64,000 nucleotides of DNA from assembly GCA_945829225.1 (NCBI GenBank), contig CALZTY010000002.1:9060-73059 (forward strand), in the 5' to 3' direction. The notes under the pieces are model-generated. The model saw only the letters and a list, made by a program, of their open reading frames with translations, was not told where the DNA came from and did not search any database. The DNA comes from an uncultured Bacteroidales bacterium (GTDB lineage Bacteria; Bacteroidota; Bacteroidia; Bacteroidales; Muribaculaceae). The translations under genes and the position numbers were made by a program. Below are positions 17,121 to 26,705 of the stretch, piece after piece (position 1 is the first letter of the stretch; each line of letters begins with the position of its first letter).

Positions 17121-18410
17121 TCAGTCGCGCAAGCATCCAATGGGCACTACTTTGACGCCATCGTGGCGAGTATAAGCCATCTCGCCGGCAGTCACAATCA
17201 TCAGCAAGTCGGGCTCGCGCATGGAGAGTTGGCTGTTGGCAACGCTGAATTTGTGCACGAGATCTTTGATTTTGAGCAGGTGTTGTGCGCCCATTTCAAT
17301 TTCATTACTGCCTAATTTGAACTCTATGAGGGCATATTTGCCTGACGATGTGTGGATGACTGTATCGGCTTCCAAATCATAGCGGTCGTGGTAGTATGAG
17401 ATTTCTCCTCCTATTGCCGATGTGTAAACCGTCAAATCGCGGATAGCCAGACATTCAAAGATAAATCCGAAGGTCTTGAGGTCCATATCTAAGATTTCGG
17501 GAGAAAGGTCGAGTGCGGCAACAGCGACCGAGGGGTCAACCAATCCGCGCTTGGGGCTACGACGGATAACGGTTGCCGAGCGTATGGCGGGTGACCATGC
17601 CGATATATCTTGAATTACAAATAGGCGCGTCAAAGCCTGTACGTAGTCGTCAAAAGTGCGTTCGGTGCAGTTGCACATTGCTGTTACGTCCTTGAATATA
17701 TTGCTACGCTTGGCTAATGTGGATAGATTGCGAGCATAGGAGCGTATGATGGCGCGAGCAATGCGCGGGTCGCGATTGACGCCGTCTACATTAATAATGT
17801 CGGCATCGACCACGCCATCGAGGTAGTCTCGAGCAATGCGTAGAGCCTCGCGACTATTGGGCAAGCGCACTGCGGCAGGCCATCCGCCACGGCAGGCACA
17901 CCTGATAAGTTCGTTGATATCAAGGTTACTTTGAATCCCATCGATATCCATCTCGGGGTTGTCAAACAGGGCTTTTATGGAGATGGCTCCGGTGGATTCG
18001 CCCGACTCGAAGAGAGTCATCGGGAGCATTTTCATACGCGAAATACGCCCGGTGCCGCTATGTAAGATGGATTTCAGGTCGATAGAGTTGCTGCCGGTGA
18101 GTATGAATTGACCGGGCTCGCCACCGCGCCGGTCAACCATTGTGCGGACAGCGTCCCACAACACCGGAGCATCCTGCCACTCGTCGATGAGCCGCGGGGT
18201 GTCGCCGATAAGCAGATTCGACGGCTTTATTTGAGCCGTCGCGAGATATGATTGCCGCTTGTCGGGGTCTTGAAGTTGTATTATGCTCTTTGCTTGTTGA
18301 GCGGCGGTAGTTGTTTTGCCACACCATTTTGGTCCCTCAATAAGCACTGCTCCCATGTAATTGAGGCGAGTGGCAAGTTCTTGGTCGGCGATGCGAGTTA
18401 GATATTTCAT
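17121..18410 (-). CDS. Orphan AAA-type ATPase (AAA plus DUF4143-like architecture)
   Basis: Walker A EGPKWCGKTTTA. About 430 aa. The start is moved to MKYLTR (ATG 18410) because a TATCTTTG box (18432-18439) lies inside the longer track ORF. The gene is AT-richer than its flanks. Confidence 0.7.
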   Translation of the reverse strand: MKYLTRIADQELATRLNYMGAVLIEGPKWCGKTTTAAQQAKSIIQLQDPDKRQSYLATAQIKPSNLLIGDTPRLIDEWQDAPVLWDAVRTMVDRRGGEPGQFILTGSNSIDLKSILHSGTGRISRMKMLPMTLFESGESTGAISIKALFDNPEMDIDGIQSNLDINELIRCACRGGWPAAVRLPNSREALRIARDYLDGVVDADIINVDGVNRDPRIARAIIRSYARNLSTLAKRSNIFKDVTAMCNCTERTFDDYVQALTRLFVIQDISAWSPAIRSATVIRRSPKRGLVDPSVAVAALDLSPEILDMDLKTFGFIFECLAIRDLTVYTSAIGGEISYYHDRYDLEADTVIHTSSGKYALIEFKLGSNEIEMGAQHLLKIKDLVHKFSVANSQLSMREPDLLMIVTAGEMAYTRHDGVKVVPIGCLRD

Positions 18411-18431
18411 ATTTAGTAACTTATTGTGCCG

Positions 18432-18439
18432 CAAAGATA
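18432..18439 (-). promoter_or_regulatory. -7-type promoter box (TATCTTTG) for the ATPase gene
   Basis: Reverse complement of caaagata, 22 nt upstream of the ATG at 18410. Confidence 0.45.
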
Positions 18440-18466
18440 GTAAATATTTTGAATATATCCAAGGTA

Positions 18467-18558
18467 TTGCGCTTTTTTGAGGTATTTTGTTGCGCTTTTT
18501 TGAGGTATTTCGTTGCGCTTTTTTGAGGTAATTCGTTGCGCTTTTTTGAGGTAAAAAA
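18467..18558. repeat. Four tandem copies of a 23-bp unit (ttgcgcttttttgaggtatttyg)
   Basis: Copies at 18467-18489, 18490-18512, 18513-18535 and 18536-18558. They differ only in the last ~5 nt. There are no spacers between copies. Confidence 0.9.
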
Positions 18559-18590
18559 CAGAGGGCCGAGCCCGATGTGGCTCGACCCTC
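18551..18590 (-). terminator. Intrinsic terminator after the 938-aa lipoprotein gene
   Basis: gagggccgagcc (18561-18572) / ggctcgaccctc (18579-18590) with one mismatch. The minus strand continues tgtttttta. Confidence 0.55.
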
Positions 18591-18614
18591 CGTGAGGTAT
18601 GGTTTACCGTGGGA

Positions 18615-21431
18615 TTATTCCCAGGTGAGGTTCCAGATAGCGATGCGGTCGCAGTTGCTTGCCTTGTTTGATAGCGACTTGTTGGTGATGATGATTTGGA
18701 AGTCGCCGCTGAGGCCTACGTTCACCGAGTAGTCGTAGGCGGTCTTCTGAGTAATCTCGGTGACCTTGAGGGTCTCTTCCTTGACAACGTTGCCGCCCTG
18801 GATGAATTGGATGCTAATCTCAGCCTGGGTGTCGGAGAAGGCGAAGCCGTACTTGAACGAGAGTTTGGAGATACCGCCCGTGATAACCGGTGAGGTGAGG
18901 ACACCGACCTTGGTGTTGTTGCCGTTGAGGGCAACAGCGAGGGTCTTGTCATCGCCGATGAAGGCAAAGCGGGGGTTCTGCTCGGTGCCGCCGGCTGCGA
19001 CACCGCTGAGGATAGCCGAGTTAACGGCTTCCCAGCCGGTAGCGTTGGTGTAGGTGCCGTAGGTCGACTTGGGAGTACCACCGTTGAAGGTGTTGAATTG
19101 ACCCTTGTATTCATCGGTAGGCTGAGGCTCGGGGTCGGGGTCGGGAGTAGGACCGGGTTCACCCTTGCCCTCGATGACGATAGTGCCGTCGCCGGTGAGG
19201 GTGAGGTTGCGGATTTCCCAGGTGTCGGCGCCATCGGCGGTCGAGCCGTACTTGAAGGCGAGTTGGATCTTCTTGCCGGCGAGCGAGCTCAGGGAGATGT
19301 TGCCCGAGGATGCAAAGGTCCAAGAGCCGGCTGCGGGCCATGTGGGCACGGTGAGCATAGTCCACGATGAGGCACCTTCCTCGCGCACGGCGATGCCGCA
19401 GAGCGATGTGAGGGTGGTCTGGAACTTGGCGGCGTGCTCAAATGTAGCGCTGACGGTGGTGTTGCCGGCGAGGTTGATGATGGGCGAGATAGCCCAAGCC
19501 TCTGAGGCATTGGCGGCGCCGCTCACATAAGCCGAGCCGTTGAGGTAGTAGTTATTGTTGTAGTTCTTCCATGACCACACGTTGTCGGGACCGCTGACAG
19601 TCTGGAATGTCCAGTTGTCGCAGGCGGTGCCGTCGGTGGCGTCGAGGAGGACTACCGAGTTGCCGGGTTGTGGATCGGGGCCGGGGCCGGGGCCTTCGCC
19701 GTTAATCTTGTATGCCGAGGTGTTCTTGATGCCCGGGAGGGTGTTGTACTTCATCACGTCACCCTGTACCGATACTTGAGCGCCGAGGACTGTGGGGTTG
19801 TCGACGAGGTTGAGGGCGTTGCGCACATCGGTCTGGGCGACAAGTTGGATACATACGCAGTCGCTGGCGGCGGCAGCATCGGCTTTGTCGCTGATGAGGA
19901 TGTTGGCGCGCTGGGTGGTGGCAGTCTCGAAGTGAGCGTCATAGTTCTCGTAGTAGCCTACGATGTATCCCTTGACCCAGATGCCGCTCTCGACGGCTTC
20001 GGTGGTCGATGAGGGAGCCATGGCGATTACTTGGGCGCAGGTGTAGGGCTTGTCTTCGGAGCCGTCGCCCTTTTCTTCTTCGCCACCGCCCTTGCCGTCA
20101 ATCTTGAACTCGGAGGTGGCGCCGGAGTTGCCGGTGATGCCATGGGTGCCCATCACGGGAGCGAAGGTACCACGGATATCGATTTGCTTGCCGTAGTTGT
20201 CGGGATTCTCGCGGAGAGCACCGAGGGTGCGGAGGGCAGAGCCTTGGGGCAGAGCGACAACGAGACATTCGGCGATGTCCTTGGTCTCGGCGGTTTGACC
20301 GATGACGAGGGTGTTGCCGAGGGTCGGGGTAGCGGTCCACTCGATGTCGTCATTCGACGATACGGTCTCCACCTCGGGAGCGACGGTACCGACGATATAG
20401 CCGCGTACCCAGCCGTTCTTGCCTTGGTCGTTAACTTGGAGGGCGATAGCCTCAAGCACGTTGTAGGGATTGTCCACATTGCCCTTGGGCACGGAGGGCG
20501 AGCCTACATTCATGATAGAGTTGGCATCGAGGAGGGTGAGTTGCCAGCCACCGGTGCCGGCGAGGGATACATAGTAGCCCATGATGGCTACGACGTCGCA
20601 GCGCTCGGCGGGCAAGGTGATGTTCCAGAAGTTGGCATAGCCGCTGGTGCGGACGTCGAGGGTGTTGCCGTCGGTGTCGCGAATCTGCTGAGTGACACCG
20701 CTGGAGTGGTAGGTCGACAGGGTGGGAGTTTCGGTATTGGGCACCCACTCAACGTTGTTGAAGCGGACGATGCGGCTCTGCCAGTAGCGCAAGCCGGCGG
20801 GGGTGACGCTCAGATCGCTGATGCGGTCGACGGTGAGGGTGTCAACCTTGGCGGGTTCTACTCTACCGTTGAGTTCGATGTGGCTGCGGAACAACTCGGG
20901 AGCCATGAAGGAGGTCTCGAATTGGTCGCCATAGGCATCGGGAGTGAGCGAGGTGTTGAAACTGGGGAAGCCCACCTGCTCCAAGCCACGATATTTACCC
21001 ATGAACATGTCGGTGAGGTCGACGACGATCTCCTGACCCATGCGGTAGTTGAGGTAGAGGTTGTAGGAGTTGATCGAGAAGTTGAGAGCGCCGGTCTCGT
21101 CTTGCAACACGATGTATTTGAAGCAGTTGCCGGCATAGTCTGACGATACTACGCGACCCGAGATGATGATGTGAGTGCCGGTGAAGTCGATATCGTCGGT
21201 GCGCTCAGCCTCGGGGGTATTGTACCACTCGAGGGTGTGGATGCGGGTGCAGTAGTTGTTGTCATCGCGCCACAGCCATTCCTTGACTTGAGCGATGGTG
21301 GTATTGGGCTGCATCGTGGCGACCGGCACCTCGTCCATATTGGGCTCGTCGAAGTGGTCCTGGCAAGCCGGCAAGGTAGCCAATGACGCGATGGCTGCGA
21401 TACCAAGGATATATTTTTTCAGATTGTTCAT
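18615..21431 (-). CDS. Large surface lipoprotein with repeated OB-fold-like modules and choice-of-anchor-J-like beta-sandwich domains
   Basis: 938 aa. Lipoprotein signal LATLPAC. Module HIIISGRVVSSDYAGNCFKYIVLQDETGALNFSI resembles the N-terminus of the adjacent 442-aa protein. Gly/Pro linkers (GPGPGPDP, PGPTPDPDPEP). KKIQLAFKYGSTADGADTWEIRNLTL is anchor-J-like. Confidence 0.6.
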   Translation of the reverse strand: MNNLKKYILGIAAIASLATLPACQDHFDEPNMDEVPVATMQPNTTIAQVKEWLWRDDNNYCTRIHTLEWYNTPEAERTDDIDFTGTHIIISGRVVSSDYAGNCFKYIVLQDETGALNFSINSYNLYLNYRMGQEIVVDLTDMFMGKYRGLEQVGFPSFNTSLTPDAYGDQFETSFMAPELFRSHIELNGRVEPAKVDTLTVDRISDLSVTPAGLRYWQSRIVRFNNVEWVPNTETPTLSTYHSSGVTQQIRDTDGNTLDVRTSGYANFWNITLPAERCDVVAIMGYYVSLAGTGGWQLTLLDANSIMNVGSPSVPKGNVDNPYNVLEAIALQVNDQGKNGWVRGYIVGTVAPEVETVSSNDDIEWTATPTLGNTLVIGQTAETKDIAECLVVALPQGSALRTLGALRENPDNYGKQIDIRGTFAPVMGTHGITGNSGATSEFKIDGKGGGEEEKGDGSEDKPYTCAQVIAMAPSSTTEAVESGIWVKGYIVGYYENYDAHFETATTQRANILISDKADAAAASDCVCIQLVAQTDVRNALNLVDNPTVLGAQVSVQGDVMKYNTLPGIKNTSAYKINGEGPGPGPDPQPGNSVVLLDATDGTACDNWTFQTVSGPDNVWSWKNYNNNYYLNGSAYVSGAANASEAWAISPIINLAGNTTVSATFEHAAKFQTTLTSLCGIAVREEGASSWTMLTVPTWPAAGSWTFASSGNISLSSLAGKKIQLAFKYGSTADGADTWEIRNLTLTGDGTIVIEGKGEPGPTPDPDPEPQPTDEYKGQFNTFNGGTPKSTYGTYTNATGWEAVNSAILSGVAAGGTEQNPRFAFIGDDKTLAVALNGNNTKVGVLTSPVITGGISKLSFKYGFAFSDTQAEISIQFIQGGNVVKEETLKVTEITQKTAYDYSVNVGLSGDFQIIITNKSLSNKASNCDRIAIWNLTWE

Positions 21432-21453
21432 TGTCTGATGTATTATTTAGTGA

Positions 21454-22782
21454 TTAGTTCTTGATAGCGGTTACGACGACATTCTTGACTTCCCAAGTGC
21501 CGGCAGAGGCGGCAGATGAAGTGTAGTGGAAGCCGAATTGTACCTTCTTGCCGATGAATGCGCTGAGGTCAATCTCGCCCGAGTCGACAAATGTCCAGTC
21601 GGCGTTGCTCGAGAATGTGGGTATCTCGACAGGGGTCCAAGTGGTCTCGCCCACGACGCGCACGGCGCAGGATACCTGGGTGGCGGGGTCGACGTCAAAC
21701 TTGTTGGTGCAGTGGCTGAAGGCTACCTTGGGGTCGTGCACGTCGCTGAGGTCGATGGCGGGAGATACCAGCCACGAGTCGGCGGGGTTGCAGGTTTTGT
21801 TGACAAAGCCCGAAGCGGTCATGCCATAATTCTCGGTGGCTTTCCATACATACGACATACCCTCAGCCATGGAGATATCCTCGATGGTGAAGTTGCCCTG
21901 GCTGTTGGCACCGAAGGGCTCGTCGAGCAGGGTCACTTGGTTGGGGTCGGGAGCGCCCTCGCCGTCGAAGTCGATGCACGAGTTGGCGTCGATGAGCAGC
22001 AACTGCCACGAGGTGCGGTAGCACGAGAGGATGCCCACTACCGAGCCGTTGCCCCAGGGGAGCAAGTCATAGGCAAAGTCGCTGTACGAACTATTGTAAA
22101 CAATCATGCGGTTGCCATCGGGGTCGATGATGTAGCGCGAGGTAGTGGAGCCGTTGGTGAAGGGTTGACCTGCCTCGACAAACTTGATGTTGTCGATGCG
22201 CACCAAGCGGCTCTGCCACTTGTTCTTGCCTTCGGTGGTCTTGTTTGCCTCGGCGAGTTCGGCGAGGGTGACGGTGGTGGTGTCACCCACTTCCATGCCC
22301 TTGAGCCTGATGTGGCGGTGGGGCTGGAAGTCGGCATCACTGATGCGGTTGACACCCGAAGATGTGTCGGTGCCCAGTTGCATCAAGCCGCTGTAGCGAC
22401 CGATGCACATGCCGGTGACGTTGATGGCTACCTCGATGCCCATGGGATATAATTCCTCGACATTGGTCTCGTTGATGCCGATGGTGATGGCGCCGGTGGC
22501 GTCCTGCACGATCATCGACTTGTAGATGTTGCCCGAGGCGCATGAGGATACCACTTTACCGACAATCCAGATGTCTTCGCCTTCATTCTGTCCTATCACG
22601 GTGCCGTAGGAGTCGGTGTCTTGCCAGAACATGGTCTTGAGGTCGTAGATGCTCATGTTGGCTTGAACATCCTCGGGGATGGTGGGGTATACCAGTGGCG
22701 GCTGCTCCCAGTTGTCATCGCAGGATGACAGCGCGACACTTCCCAGCACGATGCTTGCTATATATAATGAAATCTTTTTCAT
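21454..22782 (-). CDS. Surface lipoprotein with an OB-fold-like (DUF5689-type) N-terminal module and a choice-of-anchor-J-like C-terminal domain
   Basis: 442 aa. Lipoprotein signal VALSSC. IWIVGKVVSSCASGNIYKSMIVQDATGAITIGI, then C-terminal KKVQFGFHYTSSAASAGTWEVKNVVV. Confidence 0.6.
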   Translation of the reverse strand: MKKISLYIASIVLGSVALSSCDDNWEQPPLVYPTIPEDVQANMSIYDLKTMFWQDTDSYGTVIGQNEGEDIWIVGKVVSSCASGNIYKSMIVQDATGAITIGINETNVEELYPMGIEVAINVTGMCIGRYSGLMQLGTDTSSGVNRISDADFQPHRHIRLKGMEVGDTTTVTLAELAEANKTTEGKNKWQSRLVRIDNIKFVEAGQPFTNGSTTSRYIIDPDGNRMIVYNSSYSDFAYDLLPWGNGSVVGILSCYRTSWQLLLIDANSCIDFDGEGAPDPNQVTLLDEPFGANSQGNFTIEDISMAEGMSYVWKATENYGMTASGFVNKTCNPADSWLVSPAIDLSDVHDPKVAFSHCTNKFDVDPATQVSCAVRVVGETTWTPVEIPTFSSNADWTFVDSGEIDLSAFIGKKVQFGFHYTSSAASAGTWEVKNVVVTAIKN

Positions 22783-22795
22783 ATCTTGTTACGTA

Positions 22796-25567
22796 TTAAA
22801 ATCTGATACCGATGTTGAGGAATGCGCGGATGCCCTGAGCATAGGTGTAGCGGTTGGGGTACTCGCCGCGGTTGTAGTCGGAGGTGTCGACACGTCCCTG
22901 CTGGTAGGCATAGGTGACAACGTCCTTGTTGTTGAGCACGTTGTTGATGTTGAGGTTGACGTTCATCGATACGGTGCGAGTGAGGTAAATCAACTTGCCG
23001 ATGGAGATGTTGAGGGTGAAGGCATTCTTGAGTTTGTCCTGAACCGAGAGTTCGGCAACCTTGTTGGCGAGTTGCTCGGGGTCGGGATACTTCTGCCACA
23101 GGTCGGGCAGAGCCTCGTGGTAGGCGGGCGAGAGGTTGACATATGCGTCACCTTGCCAGGTGCCGTTGATGCCGAAGAACCACATACCGGGTGCTGCCCA
23201 GTCGAGACCTACGTTTGCCGAGTATTGGGGTGTCGAGCCTACGTAGAAGTTCTTGAGGTAGACGGTCTGAGTGGTATCGGGGTGCAAGCCGTTCTCAAAG
23301 GTACGAGTACCCTTGGGGTTGTTCTTGTACTGGAAGCGCGAGTAGTTGCCGGCAAATGTAGCGGTCAACGACGGGGTAATCTTGTATGCCATACCCAGTT
23401 CGACACCCTTGTAGACTTTCTTCACGCCTGAGAGTACATAATAAGTATATGAGTTGTAGCGGTCGTCGTAGAAGCCGGTGCGCTCGATGCCGTTGTCGCT
23501 GAGGGTAGCGAATGCCGACAAGGTACCGCGGAAGCGGCGATAGTTCCATGTGTAGGCAATGTCGGCGGCTGCGATGCGCTCGCTGGTGAGGTCACTGACT
23601 ACGTCGTTCTTGACGCGAGGCATCAGGTAGATGTTGTCGGCGAGAGGTGCGCGTGTGCCATACTCGGCGTGTGCGGTGAAGAAGTTGTGACCGTCGAGTT
23701 TGTAGGTGGCACCTGCCTTGAAGCCGGCGTTGTCAAATGTCTGCCATGCGCCCTTGCCGTAGGAGGTGAGGGGTGCACGACCGTTGCGCATGTGACCTTC
23801 GCGCTGATACTGGGTGTAGGCGATATTGAAGCCGTAGTTGATGTCCCAGCGGGGCAGTGCGATGGTGTTTTGTATCCATGCCTTGGCTTGCAGAGCGTAG
23901 ATGTTGTAGTCGTAGCCAAACTTGTCGCCCTTGTAAACGCGATGGGTGTAGGGGTCGGCGTAGTTGTAGTTGTTCACGAGGTTCTCGGGAGCCAGGGTGA
24001 TATCGCGGTCGCTGAAGGGGTCGATATCAATCCAGAATTCGCCGCCGAGGAGGTCGCGGATGGTCTTGTAGTTGGCGCTGTTGGCGTATGCTACCGACAC
24101 ACCGCCCTGGAGGCTCAGATACTTGTTGATGCGAGTGTTGAGGTAGGTGTTGAACTTGAGGTTGAAAGTGGTGTTGATGCGGTTCTCAAGTATGTAGCTG
24201 GCACCTTGCTGCTGGTCGTAGGGCAGGTATTGGTTTGCCTCGTTGTTGAGTTGGTTCACGCGATAGAGGTTGTCCCAGTTAATCTGCGAGAAACTCTCAT
24301 CGTTTTGCCACAGCCAGGTGTAGTATTCGCTCTGGATGGTGTGCTCGCCTTCGTCAGTGAGGTAGTATGAGGGCAAGTAGCGATAGTAGGTGGGGTTGGG
24401 GTCGTTTGCCTTGTAGTACTGCAGTGCCGAGCGGTTGTAGTAGTTGTACGAGGCGGCAATGGCGGTATTCACGGTAGTTGAGCCCTTCTTGTACAGCCAA
24501 TTGAGCATGGCGGTGGGGTCGTAGGTCTCGGTGATGCGTGAGGCACGTTTCTTGCCCTGGTACCAGCCCCAGTTGGGGTTGTAGAGGTTGTCACCGAGCA
24601 GGTCATACACCTCTTGGTAGGTAGCACCGGCGGTAGCGCGCTGGGTGGGACCGCCCCATGCGGTGAATACCAATTGGTTGTTGGCGTTGAAATATTTCTC
24701 AATCGACAGGAACAAGCCGCCCGAGTTGTAGAATGTACCCTCGATAACGCCTTCCTTGGCGTAGCGGCCGATGGCGCTAACGGTGAATGCCCAGCCCTTC
24801 TTGTTGAGGCCGGTGGAGTAGGTCACCATGGCGCGCATCAAGTAGTTGGAGTTGGTGAGGGCTATCGAGCCGTTGAAGCCGGTGGCATACAAGTCGGTGG
24901 TGGTGTTGTAGTTGATAGAGCCACCGAGGTCGCCGAAGCCGAAGTTGTTGGCATCCAAGCCCACACCGGTGGTCTTGTTGCGGAAGGCTCGCGAGGTCAT
25001 ACCCAGCAGCGATGAGAAGTTGAAGCGACCGCGGATGAGGTCGTTCATCTGTACACCATTGATATACACCGCTTGATACTGGCTGTCGTAGCCGCGATAG
25101 CGGAAGTACATCGGTCCGAAGTTGTACGATGCCGTGTTGTAGTAGATGTTGTCCTGGGCGCCGGTGAGTGCGGCGATGCCCTGGGTGTTGTCGTCTTCGT
25201 CCTCGAGGAGGGCTTCGTCAAACACCAGGTCTTGGCTGTCGCCATAGTAATCGTCGGAGGTGAGGTTGGGCACCATGCGCAGGTGTCCCAAGTCGTTGGC
25301 ACCCTCTACGATTTTTACATCGAGCCCCAAGGAGGTGTATCCTTCGAGGTCTACTACCAAATAATCATTCCCGGCAGGCACTTCCAGGCGGAAGTCGCCA
25401 TTGAAACCGGTCGTTGTTGCAACCCCGGCGGTGCGCAACACCACGGTTGCGCCGTGTACCGGTGAGCCTGTCTGGCTGTTGACCACCACGCCCGTTACGG
25501 TGGTGGCTTGCGCGATAAGCGGCAGCACTGCCGTCAGTATCGCTAAGAGAAACGGTTTTAGTCTCAT
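22796..25567 (-). CDS. TonB-dependent outer-membrane receptor with an N-terminal carboxypeptidase-regulatory-like domain
   Basis: 923 aa. Signal peptide, TVTGVVVNSQTGSPVHGATVVL, beta-barrel-like composition and a C-terminal aromatic residue (...NIGIRF). No SusD-like gene follows it. Confidence 0.8.
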   Translation of the reverse strand: MRLKPFLLAILTAVLPLIAQATTVTGVVVNSQTGSPVHGATVVLRTAGVATTTGFNGDFRLEVPAGNDYLVVDLEGYTSLGLDVKIVEGANDLGHLRMVPNLTSDDYYGDSQDLVFDEALLEDEDDNTQGIAALTGAQDNIYYNTASYNFGPMYFRYRGYDSQYQAVYINGVQMNDLIRGRFNFSSLLGMTSRAFRNKTTGVGLDANNFGFGDLGGSINYNTTTDLYATGFNGSIALTNSNYLMRAMVTYSTGLNKKGWAFTVSAIGRYAKEGVIEGTFYNSGGLFLSIEKYFNANNQLVFTAWGGPTQRATAGATYQEVYDLLGDNLYNPNWGWYQGKKRASRITETYDPTAMLNWLYKKGSTTVNTAIAASYNYYNRSALQYYKANDPNPTYYRYLPSYYLTDEGEHTIQSEYYTWLWQNDESFSQINWDNLYRVNQLNNEANQYLPYDQQQGASYILENRINTTFNLKFNTYLNTRINKYLSLQGGVSVAYANSANYKTIRDLLGGEFWIDIDPFSDRDITLAPENLVNNYNYADPYTHRVYKGDKFGYDYNIYALQAKAWIQNTIALPRWDINYGFNIAYTQYQREGHMRNGRAPLTSYGKGAWQTFDNAGFKAGATYKLDGHNFFTAHAEYGTRAPLADNIYLMPRVKNDVVSDLTSERIAAADIAYTWNYRRFRGTLSAFATLSDNGIERTGFYDDRYNSYTYYVLSGVKKVYKGVELGMAYKITPSLTATFAGNYSRFQYKNNPKGTRTFENGLHPDTTQTVYLKNFYVGSTPQYSANVGLDWAAPGMWFFGINGTWQGDAYVNLSPAYHEALPDLWQKYPDPEQLANKVAELSVQDKLKNAFTLNISIGKLIYLTRTVSMNVNLNINNVLNNKDVVTYAYQQGRVDTSDYNRGEYPNRYTYAQGIRAFLNIGIRF

Positions 25568-25704
25568 GCGGTTTATTGTTAGTTATATTTCTTTGCTTCT
25601 TATTTTTCCATGGTTTAATTAATTCGGACTTCAAATGTACGACTAAATAGTGGCTCTACAAAAATTTATTTATAAATTTTACAAAAGATTAACAATAATC
25701 TCTC

Positions 25705-26529
25705 TCATTTGTACAGCGAGTTGCGGTAGTCGGAGGGCGAGCAACCGGCATATTGCTTGAAATAGCGCCCGAAGAAGGATTGCTCCGAGAAATTCATTCT
25801 ATAGGCTATCTCCTTGATGCTCATCTTGGGGTTGGCGAGCAAGTGCTTGGCTTCCACGATGACAAACATTGATATCCACTCAATGGCTGTCTTGCCCGAA
25901 ATGCGATGAATGAGTGTGGTGAAGTAGCGTGGCGTGAGATTTTGCAATTCGGCATAATAGGTGACGTCGCGATGGTGGCGGAAGTTGCGATACAGGTCGG
26001 TCATGAATTGCTGAAAAATCTTGTCCTTGCGGCTCTGCTTTGCCATCGGCATGGGCTTGTTGGTGAGGAAGGCATCTATCACCTCGAAGCAGAATACGCG
26101 CACCAATGAGTCGATAACATACTTATATAGAGGCGTATGGCGCTCGGTGCGTCGCGCGGCATAGGCGATGACGCTCTCGATGCGCTCGCGCTGCTCATCG
26201 CTAAGGCTCACCACGGGGTTGAAGCGCAGATACACCTGGCTCTCGCTGTTGGAAATGGCGTCGAGCGACTGTATCACGTAGTCGAAGTCGGCAATGCCTG
26301 CGATGCCCTCAAAGTCGGCACTCACAGCCTCAATGCTCGTCCACGAAAATGCCGGATATATGTACATATCATCTTGGTTCAGCGTGTAGGAATTGTCGTC
26401 GAGCGACACCCTCAGGCTACCTCGCCGACATAGAATGAAGCCATGCTTCTCCAAGCGGACACGCTCGTTAAATCCGCGCACTTTGGCGCTATCTATCTCT
26501 ACAATTTCGACTCTTGATTCTTCTGCCAT
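25705..26529 (-). CDS. AraC-family transcriptional regulator
   Basis: 274 aa. C-terminal double HTH (YYAELQNLTPRYFTTLI...IKEIAYRMNFSEQSFFGRYFKQYAGCSPSDYR). Confidence 0.85.
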   Translation of the reverse strand: MAEESRVEIVEIDSAKVRGFNERVRLEKHGFILCRRGSLRVSLDDNSYTLNQDDMYIYPAFSWTSIEAVSADFEGIAGIADFDYVIQSLDAISNSESQVYLRFNPVVSLSDEQRERIESVIAYAARRTERHTPLYKYVIDSLVRVFCFEVIDAFLTNKPMPMAKQSRKDKIFQQFMTDLYRNFRHHRDVTYYAELQNLTPRYFTTLIHRISGKTAIEWISMFVIVEAKHLLANPKMSIKEIAYRMNFSEQSFFGRYFKQYAGCSPSDYRNSLYK

Positions 26530-26705
26530 GTTAATTTGTTACTTTTACAAGTGCAAAGTAAACAAAAAAACGACAAAAGGTGTTGTATTATTGTGTTATT
26601 ATTTCCAAAAAGCGACACATAGTCCAATAATAACTCACAATCGTTATTTGTCTTTTTTATCCTAACAAGTAATTTTGCGCTCATCAATAAATTCAATGAA
26701 CCACC

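Noticed and set aside
18411-18434. N-terminal extensions in the ORF track. These also occur at 9892-9930, 37360-37413, 40397-40408, 44309-44350, 44622-44645, 46421-46471, 54529-54606 and 60312-60437.
   Set aside because: In each case an internal ATG lies 17-65 nt downstream of a TAnnTTTG box, or gives a classic start-stop overlap with the upstream gene. The extension would overlap the promoter box or the neighbouring gene.
18467-18558. Possible CRISPR array.
   Set aside because: The 23-bp units are directly abutting with no spacers, and no cas genes are present. It is a plain tandem repeat.
20031-21143. Long plus-strand ORF (370 aa). Similar long antisense ORFs occur at 28208-29437, 29845-30786, 56250-57230, 57594-58352, 62052-63287, 7637-8470 and 15231-16046.
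   Set aside because: All lie fully inside, and antisense to, strongly supported genes in GC-rich DNA. Their translations are low-complexity Gly/Val/Ala/Asp strings with no recognisable motifs. This is the expected shadow-ORF artefact of high GC.
25573-25698. Invertible promoter upstream of the TonB-dependent receptor, suggested by a 9-bp inverted repeat (ttattgtta at 25573-25581 and taacaataa at 25690-25698).
   Set aside because: The repeat is only 9 bp in very AT-rich DNA, which is easily chance. No recombinase is nearby.
25568-25704. Riboswitch (for example cobalamin or TPP) ahead of the TonB-dependent receptor.
   Set aside because: The 137-nt leader is AT-rich and lacks any conserved riboswitch core I can recognise. 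It has no obvious expression-platform hairpin.
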